From contig MU057521.1 of the NCBI GenBank assembly GCA_013265495.1, positions 248,001 to 312,000 on the forward strand: 64,000 nt of DNA. Reading direction: 5' to 3'. This stretch comes from Vicugna vicugna. Its lineage: Eukaryota. Below are positions 12,990-26,469 of this stretch, piece after piece. How positions within the stretch are numbered: position 1 is the stretch's first letter; each line of letters starts with the position of its first letter. Both the position numbers and the translations under genes were made by a program. The notes beneath the pieces were generated by a model. The model made no database searches. It was not told the DNA's origin and worked only from the letters and a program-made list of their open reading frames with translations.

Positions 12990-13450
12990 TAAAATATGCT
13001 TCTGACATATTTTTCCAGCCTTACTTTCCAAGTACTTCTCTTCATTAGCCTCTCACTGGCCCCCACAAGTTTATTTAAATCCCCTGCCTCTGTCATTTGA
13101 CAGCTGCTTCCCCAGCTGGAGTGCTCTCTCAATGATTTCTCAAGTCCTTTCTACCCGTCGAAGTCTTACTTCTGTTTCTGAAGTTTCTGTTTCCAGCATC
13201 AGACGCCATTTCCCCAGAGCAGCTTTCTCCTCTCCCTCTAGCCCACAGTGAACTCTGCATCATCGGACCTCCCACCGCAGTTGTTTCCTGAGCCAAATAT
13301 ATTTTGGACTAATCACATATAGCTCTGTAATTTCAGTTCTTATTTTAATGAATAACTTTTGGCAGGCATCCTACTTTCAAATTGTTTTACCTTTCACAAC
13401 CCTTAACACGCTGCTTATATGTAGAAGGCGCTGAGTAAATAAGTAACTGC
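12990..13450 (+). mobile_element. L2 3' remnant
   Basis: 'gctgcttccccagctggagtgctctc' ... 'atgtagaaggcgctgagtaaataa'. Confidence 0.55.
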
Positions 13451-14071
13451 AGATTGCTTGACTGTAGAGCTTTCAGAAGAAGAACAGTAGAATCAGCATT
13501 TGCACCACAGTATTAGAAACCACATGGTGAAATTAAAACATAACATATGTGACTACTTGAATGACTTTGCCTTCTCATTGCCTGTTGGAAACTGGAAAGA
13601 ATCCTTAATCTGTACATCCTCACTTTGCTGTAATTTGCCTCCCTAGATAGATGGAGTTGGAAAAATCAGGAGTTTTATGAAGAAATTATGTTTTATGCAG
13701 CACCACAGGAGGAAGACTTTTATACAAGAAACTATTCTAATGTGAAGCAGAATGTTCGAACCATTTAAAAATACAGGTGGTATGTAAAAGGGATGCCTCA
13801 GGGATTTGGTTTAAATGTACTGTATTTGCTTTAAAAAAAAGTGGATTATGAAGCCTAGATGAGTCCCTTGAAAATTAAATGAACACTTTGAAAGAAGTTA
13901 AATAGCTTTATTTAAAGAGCTGAAAATATAGTACAATTATCCTGTTGTTTTCTCACTAGTTCACAGTCCTCATGACCAACAGGCTAGATGCTAACTCTAA
14001 TAATACTCTTCCATTAATAAGGATGCCAAAATTTATTTTAATTAAAATTAGACCACAGACCATAAATTAGA

Positions 14072-15210
14072 CCATAAACAAATGGTACCTAATTAAACTT
14101 AAAAGCTTTTGCACAGCAAAGGAAACCATCAACAAAACAAAAGACAACCTGCTGAATGGGAGGAGATATCTACAAATGATATGACCAATAAACGATTAAT
14201 ATACAACATATACAAATAGCTCATATAACTCAATATCAAAAAACCCCAAATAACACAGTTTTAAAATGGGCAGAAGAACTGAATAGACATTTTTCCAAAG
14301 AGGAAATGCAGATGGCCAAAAGGCACATGAAAAGATGCTCAAAATCCCAAATTGCCAGGGAAATGCAAATCACAGCCACAATGAAGTATCACTTCACACC
14401 TGTCAGAATGGCCATCATCAAAAGGAACACAAACAACAAACGTTGGTGAGGATGTGGAGAAAAGGGAACCCTCCTACACTACTGGTAGGAATGGAAACTG
14501 GTGCAGCCACTGTGGAAAACAGTATGGAGATTTCTCAAAAAACTAAAAATAGAACTACTGTATGACCCAGCAATCCCTCTCTGGATATATATGAAAAGGG
14601 AACTCTAATTTGAAAAGATACATGAACCCCAGTGTTCACAGTAGCACCATATTATACAACAGCCAAGACATGGAAACAACCTAAATATCCATTGACAGAT
14701 GACTGGATAAAGAAATTGTGGTATATTTATACACTGGAATAATACTCAGCCATTAAAAAAATAAAATAATGCCATTTGCAGCAACATGGATGGACCTAGA
14801 GATCATCATTCTAAGTGAAGTAAGCCAGCAAGAGAAAGAAAAATACCATATGATATCACTTGTATGTGGAATCTAAGAAAAAGAAAAAGAGAGGACACAA
14901 ATGAACTCACCTTCAAAACAGAAACAGACTTGCAGGCATAGTAAACAATCTATGGTTACTGGGGGAAAGGGGGTGGGAAGGGGTAAATTTGGGAGTTTGA
15001 GATTTGCAAATGTTAGCCACTATATATAAAAATTGGATAAAAAACCAAATTTCTTCTATATAGCACAAGGAACTATATTCAATATCTTCTAATAACCTTT
15101 AATGAAAGAGAATATGAAATGAATGTATGTATGTTTATGCATGACTGGGACATTGTGCTGTACACCAGAAATTGATACATTGTAACTGACTGTACTTCAA
15201 TGTAAAAAAT
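14072..15210 (+). mobile_element. 5'-truncated lineage-specific L1 (ORF2 C-terminus and 3' UTR)
   Basis: 'ctaattaaacttaaaagcttttgcacagcaaaggaaacc', 'gtgaggatgtggagaaaagggaaccctcctacact', 3' end 'gctgtacaccagaaattgatacattgtaactgactgtacttcaat'; explains ORF 14335..14565. Confidence 0.95.
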
Positions 15211-17492
15211 GTAAATATGCTCAAGTATTATTTGAGGTGGCCAGTTTGGTACATAGAAACATTTCCATTTTTGAAGAGTAAATATAAATGAACAGTTGCA
15301 AATATAATTGTAGATTTTAGGGGTATATCTCTGATCTACAGAAATTAATTCCTAACTGGCTTGTTGCCTCTGGTCTGGGAAACAGACTCACAAGCAATGA
15401 TGTCAAGTAACGCTGATGCCACTGAGAACCCATAGTCAATTAGCAATCCACCTCCTCGAAAACAGGATGCGATAGAATTCAAACAGAGATATGTTTTCAG
15501 CATAATTTTTCTTTGCTATTATCACAGTCCTCAAGAGAAAGATGATAGCCTACTATTTAGAAAACATTTCTCTTAATGATTACTTATTTGCATGAAATCT
15601 TAACATACTAGAATCTGTAACTGCTCAACTTCCTGACTAAAATTACCTAACTTTATTTTTGCACAAATGTCTATTATATGCCTATCGTTTTGAAAAATGT
15701 ATCTCACTAATATCACTAATTACAGACTTATTACAATCTTGTCTGCCAAGATAATGAAGGAAATTGTACATGAACCACTCTTAAATTACACATTGGTGAA
15801 CAATAAATTTTTTTTTCTATCAATCATGATTTTTCCCCAATGCACTATGCAATTTGTGGATCCATTCATTCCTCTGAATTGTTTTGCTATCACTGGTATA
15901 TTCAAATTTGCTAGGAAGAATTGTATAGACTTTGGTTAGAGAGAAAGGACAGAGTTTCACATAATGATGTGTACTAGTGAAAATGCATGGAAAAAGTCAT
16001 TATTAATTAACTTACTGAGGTTTATTCAAGGGCAGAGAGAGGCATCACAGGAATAATAATCATTGAATAAAAATAAAACATAACAAGTGATTCCTATTAT
16101 GTGGAAATTTTACATAACCCTTTGTACCCAGGTACCCAAGTGTGAAATCGTCTTCTGGGGCCAACTTTTGGAGGGCTGCCATAATTTGCCTGTCTCACAC
16201 TTCACACTCCCCTCAAAAAAAATCAGGGGACTCATCCTTCTGGATAATACAGTTCTCATCAGTTGCAAATCCTTTGACCACACTGAATTAATAAGAGGTT
16301 TATAAAGAAAGGGGAAAATAAATAGGCCCCCAGCATCCTGCATAAAATGGTAAGGGGCACACAACGATGTCCTGCTCTCTGTGTTCTCGCGGTCTCATTA
16401 TTGTCATGACCTTGTGTCTTTTCCTTGGTTTCCTCTTTGTTTTCCACGAGACCCTTCGCACTCCTTGAAAGAAGTGTGTGCTTTAGTCATCCTTGCCATT
16501 GCTCTGTCAGCCGTGTCTAGTGCCGTGAGAGTAGGTACTGAAGAAATACTGGTTACTCTGCTCGCAGGGATTCCTGTGGTCTCTGGTGATGTGGTTTTCT
16601 CCCTGTAACATGTGGGTTCTGCAATGAACCTGCCCTCTACAGTGGGATGCATCTTCCATTCCTAAAGTAGTTCACATATTAATGGACTTGTCTACTCTTC
16701 AGGCTCTCTGGTAGTCATGAACTTGGAGTTTCTTCCTGCTGAGCCCCCTGTGCAGGGTGTCTTTGCTCCTCTCTCCTCTGCTCTGAGGTCTGTGGTTTTG
16801 GTGTTAGGGAGGGTTATTGTGACTTAGGGGGTCTCTGTTAGATTTGTAACAACTTTTACTACTACTGGAGATACCTGAAAGGGTTTCTATTGGAAAGTGT
16901 TTCGTGGGAAAAAAGCAAATCCTGTTGGTATTTCAGAGGCTTATCCTATTCTTATCTCAACTAGATCAGAACTGTGGGGCTCACATGAAATTGTATGTCA
17001 AAATTAAATTCTTTCCAATAATTCACATGGTTTAATTTAAAATAATACCCTAGGACTCCATAAGCAGCCCAAACAGAATACTTCTCCAGCTCTTTCCGGG
17101 TTCCACCTATCCCAGGAGTTGAGAGAGAACAGGATGAGAGAATTGCCTACACAAGACAGTCACAAAGGAAAAATGCTATGTTCTAAACATTTGCAAATGC
17201 AGGCAAGACATTGGCTCCTTACCGGACCATGATCTGGGCTGGTTCTCTGACCATGCAGGCATCACAGGGGACAATTACTTACTGGTTTTAAATCACCAGA
17301 ATACAAAAGTCTTTTCTATATTTGGGAAAATCCTGTATGTGTCTTGTTGGGAGAAAGAAGCCACCTCCAACTATAAAAGCTGAAAATGCTGGCTGCTTGC
17401 CTCCCTGCAGCTGGGATACAAGTGTATGATCTTGGTCCAGCCAGCTGGATGCTTTCTTATCAGATTTTGAATCTGCAGCTGGCAATATGGGT

Positions 17493-18058
17493 GATATCTT
17501 AGTTATTTATTGCTGCATATCAAATTTTATGATAATTTAGTAGTTTAAAACATATTATCTGAGTTTCTGTGGGTCCAGACTCCAGGCACAGCTTAGCTGG
17601 CCCTTCTGCTTTAGGATCTCCCTCGAGGCTGCAACCAAGGAATCCTTGGGCTACAGCCATCTCAGAGCTCGAATGGGGAGGTCCTCTTCCTAAGCTCTGC
17701 CATAGAGTTATTGGTTAGGATTTGTTTCCTCATGGGCTGTTTGACTGTGGACCTCTGTTCCTTACTGCCTGTTTGCTGGAGGCCGCTCTCAATACCTTGG
17801 GGACATGCTCACAACTTGGTGACTTGCTTCAGCAGAGCAAGCAAACAAGAACTAGAGAAAGAAAGAAAATGCAGTCAAGAAAGAAGTCACATCTTTAATG
17901 ACTTTATCACAGAAGTAACATCTCATCACACTGGCCACATTCTATTCATTAGAAGCAAGTCATTCAGTTCTGCTTACACCGGGGAAGGTGTTACATAAGG
18001 ATGTGAATACCAGGAGGCGGGGATCACTGGCAATCTTTCAGGAACTGCCTACCCACAG
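17493..18058 (-). mobile_element. MaLR solo LTR, MLT1F-like
   Basis: 'ttagttatttattgctgcat...tctgtgggtccag...cagcttagctgg', 'ctattcattagaagcaagtca', end 'gtgaataccaggaggcggggatcactgg...ctgcctacccaca'. Confidence 0.85.
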
Positions 18059-18099
18059 AAAGTATGGGATCCATTCTAGTGAGGTGCCAGAAAGGGCAG

Positions 18100-18356
18100 T
18101 AGCTACACCCAGCTTTTCAAGTCAAAAAGTACAGAAGCTCTAGAAGCAGTGGTAATGGCAATTTTGCCCTAAGAAACCATTTCTGGGGTGTGATTTTGGA
18201 TATCATTTTTGGTTGAGTAAATTTCAAGCCTGATTTTGGCCTTCTCAAAAATTGTTAAGATACGACATAGCCTTAAGGAACGTATACGTTTCTTTCATCT
18301 ACTTAAAGTAGCCTTTTTGTTTCTGCTGCCTGTAAATAAAGGACTTTGCTGAGAGA
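18100..18356 (+). mobile_element. ERVL-type LTR 3' remnant (LTR33-like)
   Basis: End 'ctacttaaagtagcc...tttctgctgcctgtaaataaaggactttgctgagaga'. Confidence 0.35.
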
Positions 18357-18596
18357 GTGAAGCAAAAACACCCGAGTGAGAACAGAGACTTCATCCTGAT
18401 CACCTAAATACACTAGGTACGTGCCGGGCAAATGGTAAGAGCTCAATATATATTTATTGCATCACTGAATAAGTAAAAGGAAATCAAGTCCAGAGGGCAA
18501 GCTGAGTCTGAAAATAAGATCAGAAGTGCAAGTGAAGGATGAAATGTGGTTTAGGAATTGGTCACGGAAAGTAATTCAAAGTGAACACCGTGAAAA

Positions 18597-18742
18597 AGAG
18601 CCTTCAGAGGAAACACGAGTCTGCTGATACCTTACTTTCTGCTTTGGGGCCTCCAGAATCTTCTGCGAGAGAGCAAGTTTCTGCGGCTGTAAGCCACCTC
18701 GCTTGTGCTAATTCGTTACAGCAGCCCCGGGAAACCGACACA
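18597..18742 (+). mobile_element. MLT1 (C/D-like) LTR, 3' portion
   Basis: 'gagccttcagaggaa...ctgctgatacc...gcctccagaa...taagccacc...gttacagcagccccgggaaaccgacaca'. Confidence 0.8.
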
Positions 18743-18746
18743 AGGG

Positions 18747-19022
18747 TGCTATGGGATTGCGCCCCCAGAGTTCATATGTTAAAGTTCCAACCTTCAGTAC
18801 CTCAAAACGTGACTTCATTTGGAGACAAGGCCTTAAAGAGGTAATTAGGTAAAATGAAGTCATGTGGATCGGCCCCAGTAACAATATGACTGGTGTCCTC
18901 AGAAGAGAAGATTTGGACACAGGCACCACATAGATGGAGGGACAACCATGAAGACACAGGAGGAAGGCAACTTTCTGCGAGTCAAGGAGAGAGGACTCAG
19001 AAGAAATCGAACCTGCCGACTT
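18747..19022 (+). mobile_element. MLT1B-like LTR, 5' portion
   Basis: 'tgctatggg...ttcatatgttaaag...cagtacctcaaaacgtgac...aatatgactggtgtcc...cagaagaaatcgaacctgccgac'. Confidence 0.85.
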
Positions 19023-21604
19023 CACACAGCTGTCCTTAGCCAGTGCCTTCTTTTTTCCTTTGCCTGGGAGTGCTGTTTACATAGGGCAGAACACTGATTT
19101 TAAAGAAAAAGAGGAACAGGGATGTTCTCGGTGGGTAGAAATAAAGAACTGGTGGTTTCCAGCAGACACAGACCTGGGAATCTATATGTTTAAGATTCTT
19201 TGCAGTTCTTCCAATACAGAGCACTAAAATTTGCCAGAAGACAGACATCCAAGAAAAACACTCAGTCTAGGAATAAACAATGCACATTTGGTTGATATTT
19301 CCCTTTCGATGTAACTTTCATGTGTTTGAAACCCATGCAATAGCAGATTTAAGAAAGACTAAGTCCTTTGGAATTTCTACAATACTATTTCCAAATCAGA
19401 CATCGCTAAAGCACAGAGATTTGGGGACAGAAATTACTGTGCAGAACAGAAATACCACAATGTTGTTTTCTTTTCTTGTAGGACAATCCAGTCCACAATG
19501 GGAAGATACTACTATTAAAGAATAGTCACATTCTCTATATGCTATATATTTTTTAAAGTAAATGTGTTGGAATGTTTGTGTTAAAAGAAGTAAGGTTACT
19601 ATATGATGTTTTTAGTTTGAATAAAAATGCATCACTATTTCAGGCACTGCATAACATCTTCATACTTTAATGTATAATTGAGTTTTGTTACACAAGAAGG
19701 TACAAACTCTAAATGCAAATGACATTTCTCAAATCTTCTGGATGAGAGACTTATGTCAGAGTGCCCTCTGGCAACACTGAGTGTATTAAGGACAAGAAAA
19801 CTTCAATTTAGAAAGAACCACCCAAACATTTTTGATTCTTTAAAAAGGAAGGTGTTGCTAAAGGGAAAAGAGCTATCTGGTTTTTTTTCAGTTTAGGTAA
19901 ACTATTTACCTCTAATTATTTGGGCTTTAAAATTTCTTTAGCAGAACCACTGTTCCATTATTTCCATTTCTCCCAGGTAATGGCCACCTTATATGAGGAT
20001 AAAATCAAAGTAAAGGTAATTTATTGTCCACTAAAATTTTCATCTTCTGTCAGCATCCAATATATGAGATCATATATATGAGCCCAAATACAAATTATAG
20101 AGATTAATTTTATTAAAATGCAGCAACAAGCAGAATTTTCCCCCAATACAATAAATCTTTTAGACAGATTAGAGACCTTGAATTTAAACCTATGATGTTA
20201 TCTTGCCCTCTTAAAAATGGTTATAAAAGCTATAGTTAATAGAGTTGTTCATAGGTATTCCCATAGCCTGATAACATTTTTCTTTAGATCTCAGGAGTAT
20301 GAAATTTAAAAAAAAAATCTAAAAGAAACCCACGATTAGAAATTATTTATGCTATAAGTATACATATGCTTTTATAAGTATGTTAACAGAATTATATAAA
20401 AGGCTTCTAAGTAAAGTTGTAAGCCTCAGTTTTAAGCAATTAAGATGGTGATAAAGATCATGGCTTGCTGGGATTTTACAATCACCAGAATCTCGGGCAT
20501 CCTTCAGAGCTCAAACAAGAAATTCTGTCGCCGCAGGAGCTAGCCAGTCCAGCTGCCTCCTATCTGTGTGGCCCTTTGTGTTTCCTCTGAGATGGCGATC
20601 TTGCACATGTCTTTTCACTTCATTATACCCAGAGTGTTGAAGTCATCAGGAGATGCTCAGAGGCACACCAGCTACCTGTACAGGAGGCATTCTGTGCTGA
20701 GGTCTGGTCCTGCTGGAATTTTGACAATCTGCTTATTATGGTGACTTGAATTTATTTGTTTTTGAATCATAGCTAATGTTAAGAATAAACCCCCTAGGAC
20801 TATAAAGTGTGACCTCTTTTGGCTTTCTTTCCTCTGCTTTAACTCAGTGTTTCTGGATATTTAAATTTTTGCATATTTAAGTTTTCTGTAGCTCGGCTTT
20901 TCTTCTTTGCAGCTGGATGACTTTTACCCATGTCCTTCTCAAGACATTCTAAGATAATTTCAGAGTCACCAAACCTATGCCTTTATGTTACCTATTTGAG
21001 AACAAGTTGTCTAGGTTTATTGTGGATTCTTCCATTAATGGTCAGTATAGGGATGATTTTTCTTAACCTTTCTAATAATCAAAGCTGTACATTTTGGCCA
21101 TATGAAGCTACCTCCAATTGTTTCAAACCTCTGAAATTCTTCATATAATAATTACAATAATAATGATAACCAAGGTGTGTGCTACTTAGGAGAGAGGAAA
21201 AACCCAGGTTTTGGGTATGGCCACCAGTGAGGCTTTCAACTCTTTAGGCATGTTGTTTTTAATCTTTAAAATGAAAATAAAAATAGAAATGTCTTTGGCA
21301 AACTGGGACAAAGGTCTTTGGAATCTGGTAGCAGTCAGCACAGGGGTGCAGGCCTTCCAGGAATGCCCACAGCCCTCTGTGTGGCAGTTCCTCCAGCCAG
21401 GGTCACAAGACGCAGGATATCGGCTGCTGTTTACATCACTGCAGCCTCCTGGTTCCCATAGCAACTGCTCAGGCTCCCCTCCACTTGTCCTTCCTCCTCA
21501 AGGAAGCCTCTTTCCTCAAATATCAATTAACTAAGTACTTGCTATTTTTTAAATCATTCACCCCTTCCTTTACTTCTTATCAGAGAGATCCTAAGCACCA
21601 AATC

Positions 21605-21838
21605 CACTTGACCCTTGAACAACATGGGTTTGAACTGTGTCGGTCCACTTTTATGAGTATTTTTTTTCAATAGTAAATATTACAGTACTACACCATCTGC
21701 AGTTGATTGAATCCAAGATGTGGAACCAGGGATATGGAAAAACCATGAATATAGAGGGTTGACTATAAATAATATGTGAATTTTGGTCTGTGAGGAGAGT
21801 TGGTACCCCTAAACTTGGCCTTGTTCAAGGGTCAACTA
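21605..21838. mobile_element. Tigger2-derived MITE (TcMar DNA transposon)
   Basis: TIRs cacttgacccttgaacaa (21605-21622) and ttgttcaagggtcaacta (21821-21838), followed by TA. Confidence 0.9.
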
Positions 21839-22239
21839 TATAGTACAATTAAGAGCACTAATATAACAAATTAAAATAGCTTATTTTTAAGAAGTTCCCT
21901 GACCCCAAATATGAACTGAATGGTTTAAGCTGATATGGAATAGTGATTGAAATAAAATTACAGATCCATTATATTGCACTGGATATACAAATTGGAACAG
22001 ACTATTCCTGAGTTAGGCACATTCTCATCCATGGAAAGGCTTAAAGCCAAATCATATTTTCATTAGGGTGATGATGTAATTTCCCCTTTATTTGTGTAAA
22101 ACTTATTTGCTTGTTTTATTTTTTACTTAAAAAGTTTTACCTAAAACTTATTTTAAGTAAATGCTTCTCTGTTAACACAATAAAATTTAAATATTGCATT
22201 AGGCTCAAAGGGTAAATGTTAAAAGGAAAAAAATGTGGG

Positions 22240-23010
22240 ATATAGCCATTATGGGAAACAGTATGGAGGTTCCTTAAGAAATTAGAAGTTAATTAATTTC
22301 CTACCATATGATCCAGCAATCCCACTTTTGGACATATATCTAAAGGAAATCAAATTAGTTTCTCAAAGAGATATCTGCACTCTCATGTTCATGACATTAT
22401 TATTCACTATAGCTTTCATCTGTAAACAACCTAAGTATCCACTGATAGATGAATGGATAAAGAAAATGTGGTACACATGTGTGCACGCACACACACAAAC
22501 TGGGATATTAGCCATAAAAGGAAGGAAATTCTGCCTCTTGCAACAACACAGATGATCCTAGAGGACATTATGCTAAGTGAAATAAGCCAGGCACAGAAAA
22601 ACAAATACTACATGATCCTACTTACACGCAGAACCTAAGAACTTCGAACTCATAGAAACAGAGTGGATTGATAGTTGCCAGGGGCTTGGGCAAGGTCGGG
22701 GAGAGGGGATCAGGAAATGCTGGTCAAAGGGTACAAACTTTTAGTTATAAGATGAACAAGTTCTAAGGATCTAAAGTACAACATTGTGACTATTGTTAAT
22801 AATGCTGCCTTGTATACTTGCAATTTACTAAGAGACTAGATCTTAAGTTTTCTCATCACAAAGAAAGGGTAACTATGTGAGGTGATGGATATGTTCATTA
22901 GCTTGATTGTGGTCATCATTTCACAATATATATCAAATCATTATGCACACCTTACAGATAAACAATTTTTATTTGTCAAGTGTAGCTTAGTAAAGCCGGA
23001 GAGAAAAGTA
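22240..23010 (+). mobile_element. L1MA (L1MA9-like) 3' end
   Basis: 'ccatatgatccagcaatcccacttttgg', 'gaggacattatgctaagtgaaataagccag', 'aactatgtgaggtgatggatatgtt', 'caatttttatttgtcaa'. Confidence 0.9.
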
Positions 23011-23488
23011 AACAGAAAATAATACGGGAAATGATAGAAAATACCATGGCTTCATTTCTTTTACTGTAAGTACATCTATAAGCTTCCTTGTCAGTGAATC
23101 AGCAGGAGGGACAGAGATGGGAATGACTGGCTTTGGACATGGGGCTAGAGGAGGCAGAAGGGCACCTGCCAAGCATGTGGGGCTTGCCAGCTTGACAAGC
23201 TTTTCTACTGGATCTACTGTGGGAGCAGTCAGGAGGTTCTCATCCTCATCCACTCTGCAATAAGGCACCACGGGAAAGAAAACTCAGCTGTGATGTGATG
23301 AGCGACTGGCTCTGGTCTTCCACACAGCCTCCTCCTCAAATAGGAGAGTGCTCTAGATTTTATCTTTTGATGGGGAGAAGGAGGGTTAGAGAAAGACTGC
23401 TCTGTGGTCATACATCGTCTTGTTAATTTTGTGTATAGTAACATGCAGTACAATTTTCACTATCTTTATACATGTGCTTTTGTTATAG

Positions 23489-23580
23489 TATAAGCTGACT
23501 GAAAAATACTCTGATTTCGCAATAACCTGTTCACGAATTTTACATGATCTTGTTATTTTGAATTCACGTATCAAATTATG
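23489..23580 (+). other. Candidate internal exon (YKLTEKYSDFAITCSRILHDLVILNSRIKL)
   Basis: 'gcttttgttatag|' acceptor, 'ATG|gtgagt' donor, one open frame. Confidence 0.3.
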
Positions 23581-24629
23581 GTGAGTTCTTTCCGCATTCC
23601 TATGGAAACTCTGTTACGGCTGCCAGAGTATTTTATATGGGACGCTTTCAAGCTCATCAGACATATTCATCTCAATGAATGATTCGTAGTAGCCCGGGGC
23701 GTTTTCGTACATATGTTCAGAAGCCACTTTCAGAGAAAGGACCCCAAACCCTATCCTCATAAGATTGTCAATCTAGGTGTAATGCCTTCCTCCACTCGTA
23801 AGCAGCCAGGCTGTGGAGGCACAAGGAAAGAAACAAACACAAGCTCTTTCCTTTCTCAAAGTAATAAAAGTGAAACTCTTAAAAGGTGAGATTTATGCCA
23901 AATGATAGCCGATGGTATCTACAATTTCACTCCTGATTTCACGTAAGAGTTCTTTATAGACGCTTCTCTTCGGAAACTTGATCATTATATTTGTTTTTCT
24001 TTAAATATGCACGGGCAGTGGGACACCATGCATGGGGTTTATTAGGCCAACAGCTAATTTTCTATCAATTCTAGGAATCCGAGATTAGCCACGTGCAGTG
24101 CATAGCTGGCATTGGCGAAAGACAAAATGTCACCTAGAAAAAGCAAGAAGCACTTTGTTCCTGAAAAATGAAAGTAATGTGAGATGTAAAATATCACAGT
24201 ACTGCTGTGAAAAAAACTAGCAAAATTCTCAGAATCAATCAGCCGAAGATAATTGTGTTATTAAGAAACCATTTGACTATGTGTATGGATGAAAAGCCAT
24301 ATTTTGTTCAATCTAAAAAAGCTTTACAGTATATCTGAAACATCTAAATTACTTTTATTAATATATATAAAATGTATAATTTCAAGTAGTATGCTGGATT
24401 AATTGCCTGACAAAGTGAGTCCCACGAGCATGCCCTGCAAATCGTTTTGTAAAAGGTCATTTTTTTTTTAAGCAACACTGGCCAAATCAAATATGCAATT
24501 TCTGGAATAATGTGGCATATAATGTGCTGATACACTCAAATCCTATGGATATTAAACCCAACAAAACCTTATAATTTTTAAAGACTAAGTAAAAAGTAAA
24601 TGAATCTGAGCTATTTGTGAATTATGCAG

Positions 24630-25090
24630 CATTCACTTATTTACTTCATGGATGTTCACTGATGATCTACTGAGTGCTCAGTCACCTCTCTTACTTATTC
24701 TGGTCTTTGCAGGTCATAGAGCATCTTATCCCCAGACACCTAGCACACAGACACAGCGGAGGTACTCAGTACACAACTGCTTCTCTCCCTAATGCAATAC
24801 TGTGGAACATGTACCGTGTACAAGATACTGCTGTAGGTCCTGAGAATATAATGGTGAACAAAATGGACAAGTTTCCTATTCTCATGGAAACCATCCTCCG
24901 GTGGGAAAGAGACCATAAAGAAGAAACAAAGAGGATCACTTCAGATAGCAGTAACTGCCTGAAGCCGAAAGGTGATGGAACAGAAGGAGACAAGTGTGGG
25001 CGTCATTTGATAGAAGGATCAAGGAAGCTGAAAACTGGCCAACGTGATCTTGTTATTTTGACGGAAATGGAGAGGAAGGGTACTTGAGGC
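24630..25090 (-). mobile_element. L2 remnants (mostly antisense, short sense piece ~24690-24790)
   Basis: 'cattcacttatt...ctactgagtgc', 'ctgagaatataatggtgaacaaaatggacaag...ctcatggaa'. Confidence 0.65.
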
Positions 25091-25199
25091 AAAAGTTGCT
25101 GAGGCAAAAACCCCATGCCCTGAGTCCATTTTTAACATTAATATTTTTCATAAGTATGGGTACTTAAAACCTCAGATGTTCCTAATTATTTATTAGGAA

Positions 25200-25749
25200 A
25201 AGAGGTTCCAAACTGGTGGCCACTGAGCTAGACGTGGACTACAAAGCTGCTTTGTTTGGCCAGCACAATGTTTGGTTGTTATTTGGTTTTGCTTGATTGT
25301 TTTAGGGCAACAGTCAAAAGCCATGAGGTTTCAAATTAAAATCCAGATTTCTGACTTTTACATTAGAAACCAGAAGGTCTGGAGTCCTGGGACCTGAATT
25401 CCAGTATAGCAGTCATCAGCTGTAGTTGGTGGTAGCTGTGCTCCACAGATGAGGTGTGAGGTTCTGCATCCCATTTGCCAATACCTCGTCGCTTTGTTCT
25501 GCCCCAGTGCTGAAACCAAAGTTAAGCTGCCCTTTCTCATCGTGCTCCTGCTGTTGGTTTTCTCCATAACTATGTTTCCATCAAAAGTTGGGAAACAAAA
25601 GCTAGGTTCAGAGAGTTACGTGTTTCAAGAAAAATGGTAAAAAAAAATTATGTAAACTAGTCTTTATGTCAGCTGAGTGCAATCCAGCTTTCCCTCTCAT
25701 TTATATTTTCTTCCTGGTTCTATTAGGCGTATGAGTCTGAAACACTTGA
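25200..25749. mobile_element. hAT-Charlie non-autonomous DNA transposon (MER102/Charlie4-like)
   Basis: Degenerate TIRs 'agaggttccaaactggtggcc' and 'gagtctgaaacacttg'; internal 'tttgtttggccagcacaatgtt', 'aaaatccagatttctgact'. Confidence 0.7.
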
Positions 25750-25849
25750 ACTAGGGTTTTAAAAATCAAGAGCTTGGTCCAAAATTGTTTTTTGGAAAAA
25801 TAAAATAAAATTAGAATCATCACATTTTTAAGCTGCTTCTGTGGGACAA

Positions 25850-26062
25850 ATTTGGGTATCTGGACAAACTGAATTAGAATTTTATTTTCAACACTTACTA
25901 AAATGATAATGGGCCAGTTAAATACACCTCTCTTTCTTCAGTGTTCTCATCTGTAAATCTATTGATTTGCATAGATAATAATTAATTTTGTCACATTAGT
26001 CTAAGAATTAAAAGAGCTAATCTATGTAATCACATAGTACATGGTAGCTGTTCAGTAAATTT
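25850..26062 (+). mobile_element. MIR SINE
   Basis: 'cacttacta...gggccagttaaa...cttcagtgttctcatctgtaaat...catggtagctgttcagtaaat'. Confidence 0.65.
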
Positions 26063-26469
26063 AAACTTCTCATTAAAACATATACAAGATGTGGTCCGGC
26101 ACCAAAGCACTCAGAAGAATGATTTACTTCACCCCTGGTTACTATAAAACCTGTGTTTGTTCCACCTTCTCCTGAGTGCAAACCCCACTTCGGCCCTGTG
26201 GTGTGCAACGTCCTCCTCCCCTGAACTGAGTGTACGTGATGAATAAATGGTTGCCCGTATCATGTGTGCAGTGTTGGGTGTTCCACCACCTTGTACTATT
26301 TAGGGCAAGGAATCCCTCTTTCACAAACAGGGTGAATAAGAGGCAGTCAGTACAAAGAATATCTATAAACCTTGAAGTTTTCAAATGTTCGCTTACTGTC
26401 TAAATGTCTCTTTCCTCTGCAATTACCCTAATGTGGAACCCGATTTTTACCTAGAGGAGAACTTGGGAA

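Noticed and set aside
24674..25087. 137-aa ORF
   Set aside because: Lies within L2 remnants and has no recognisable domain.
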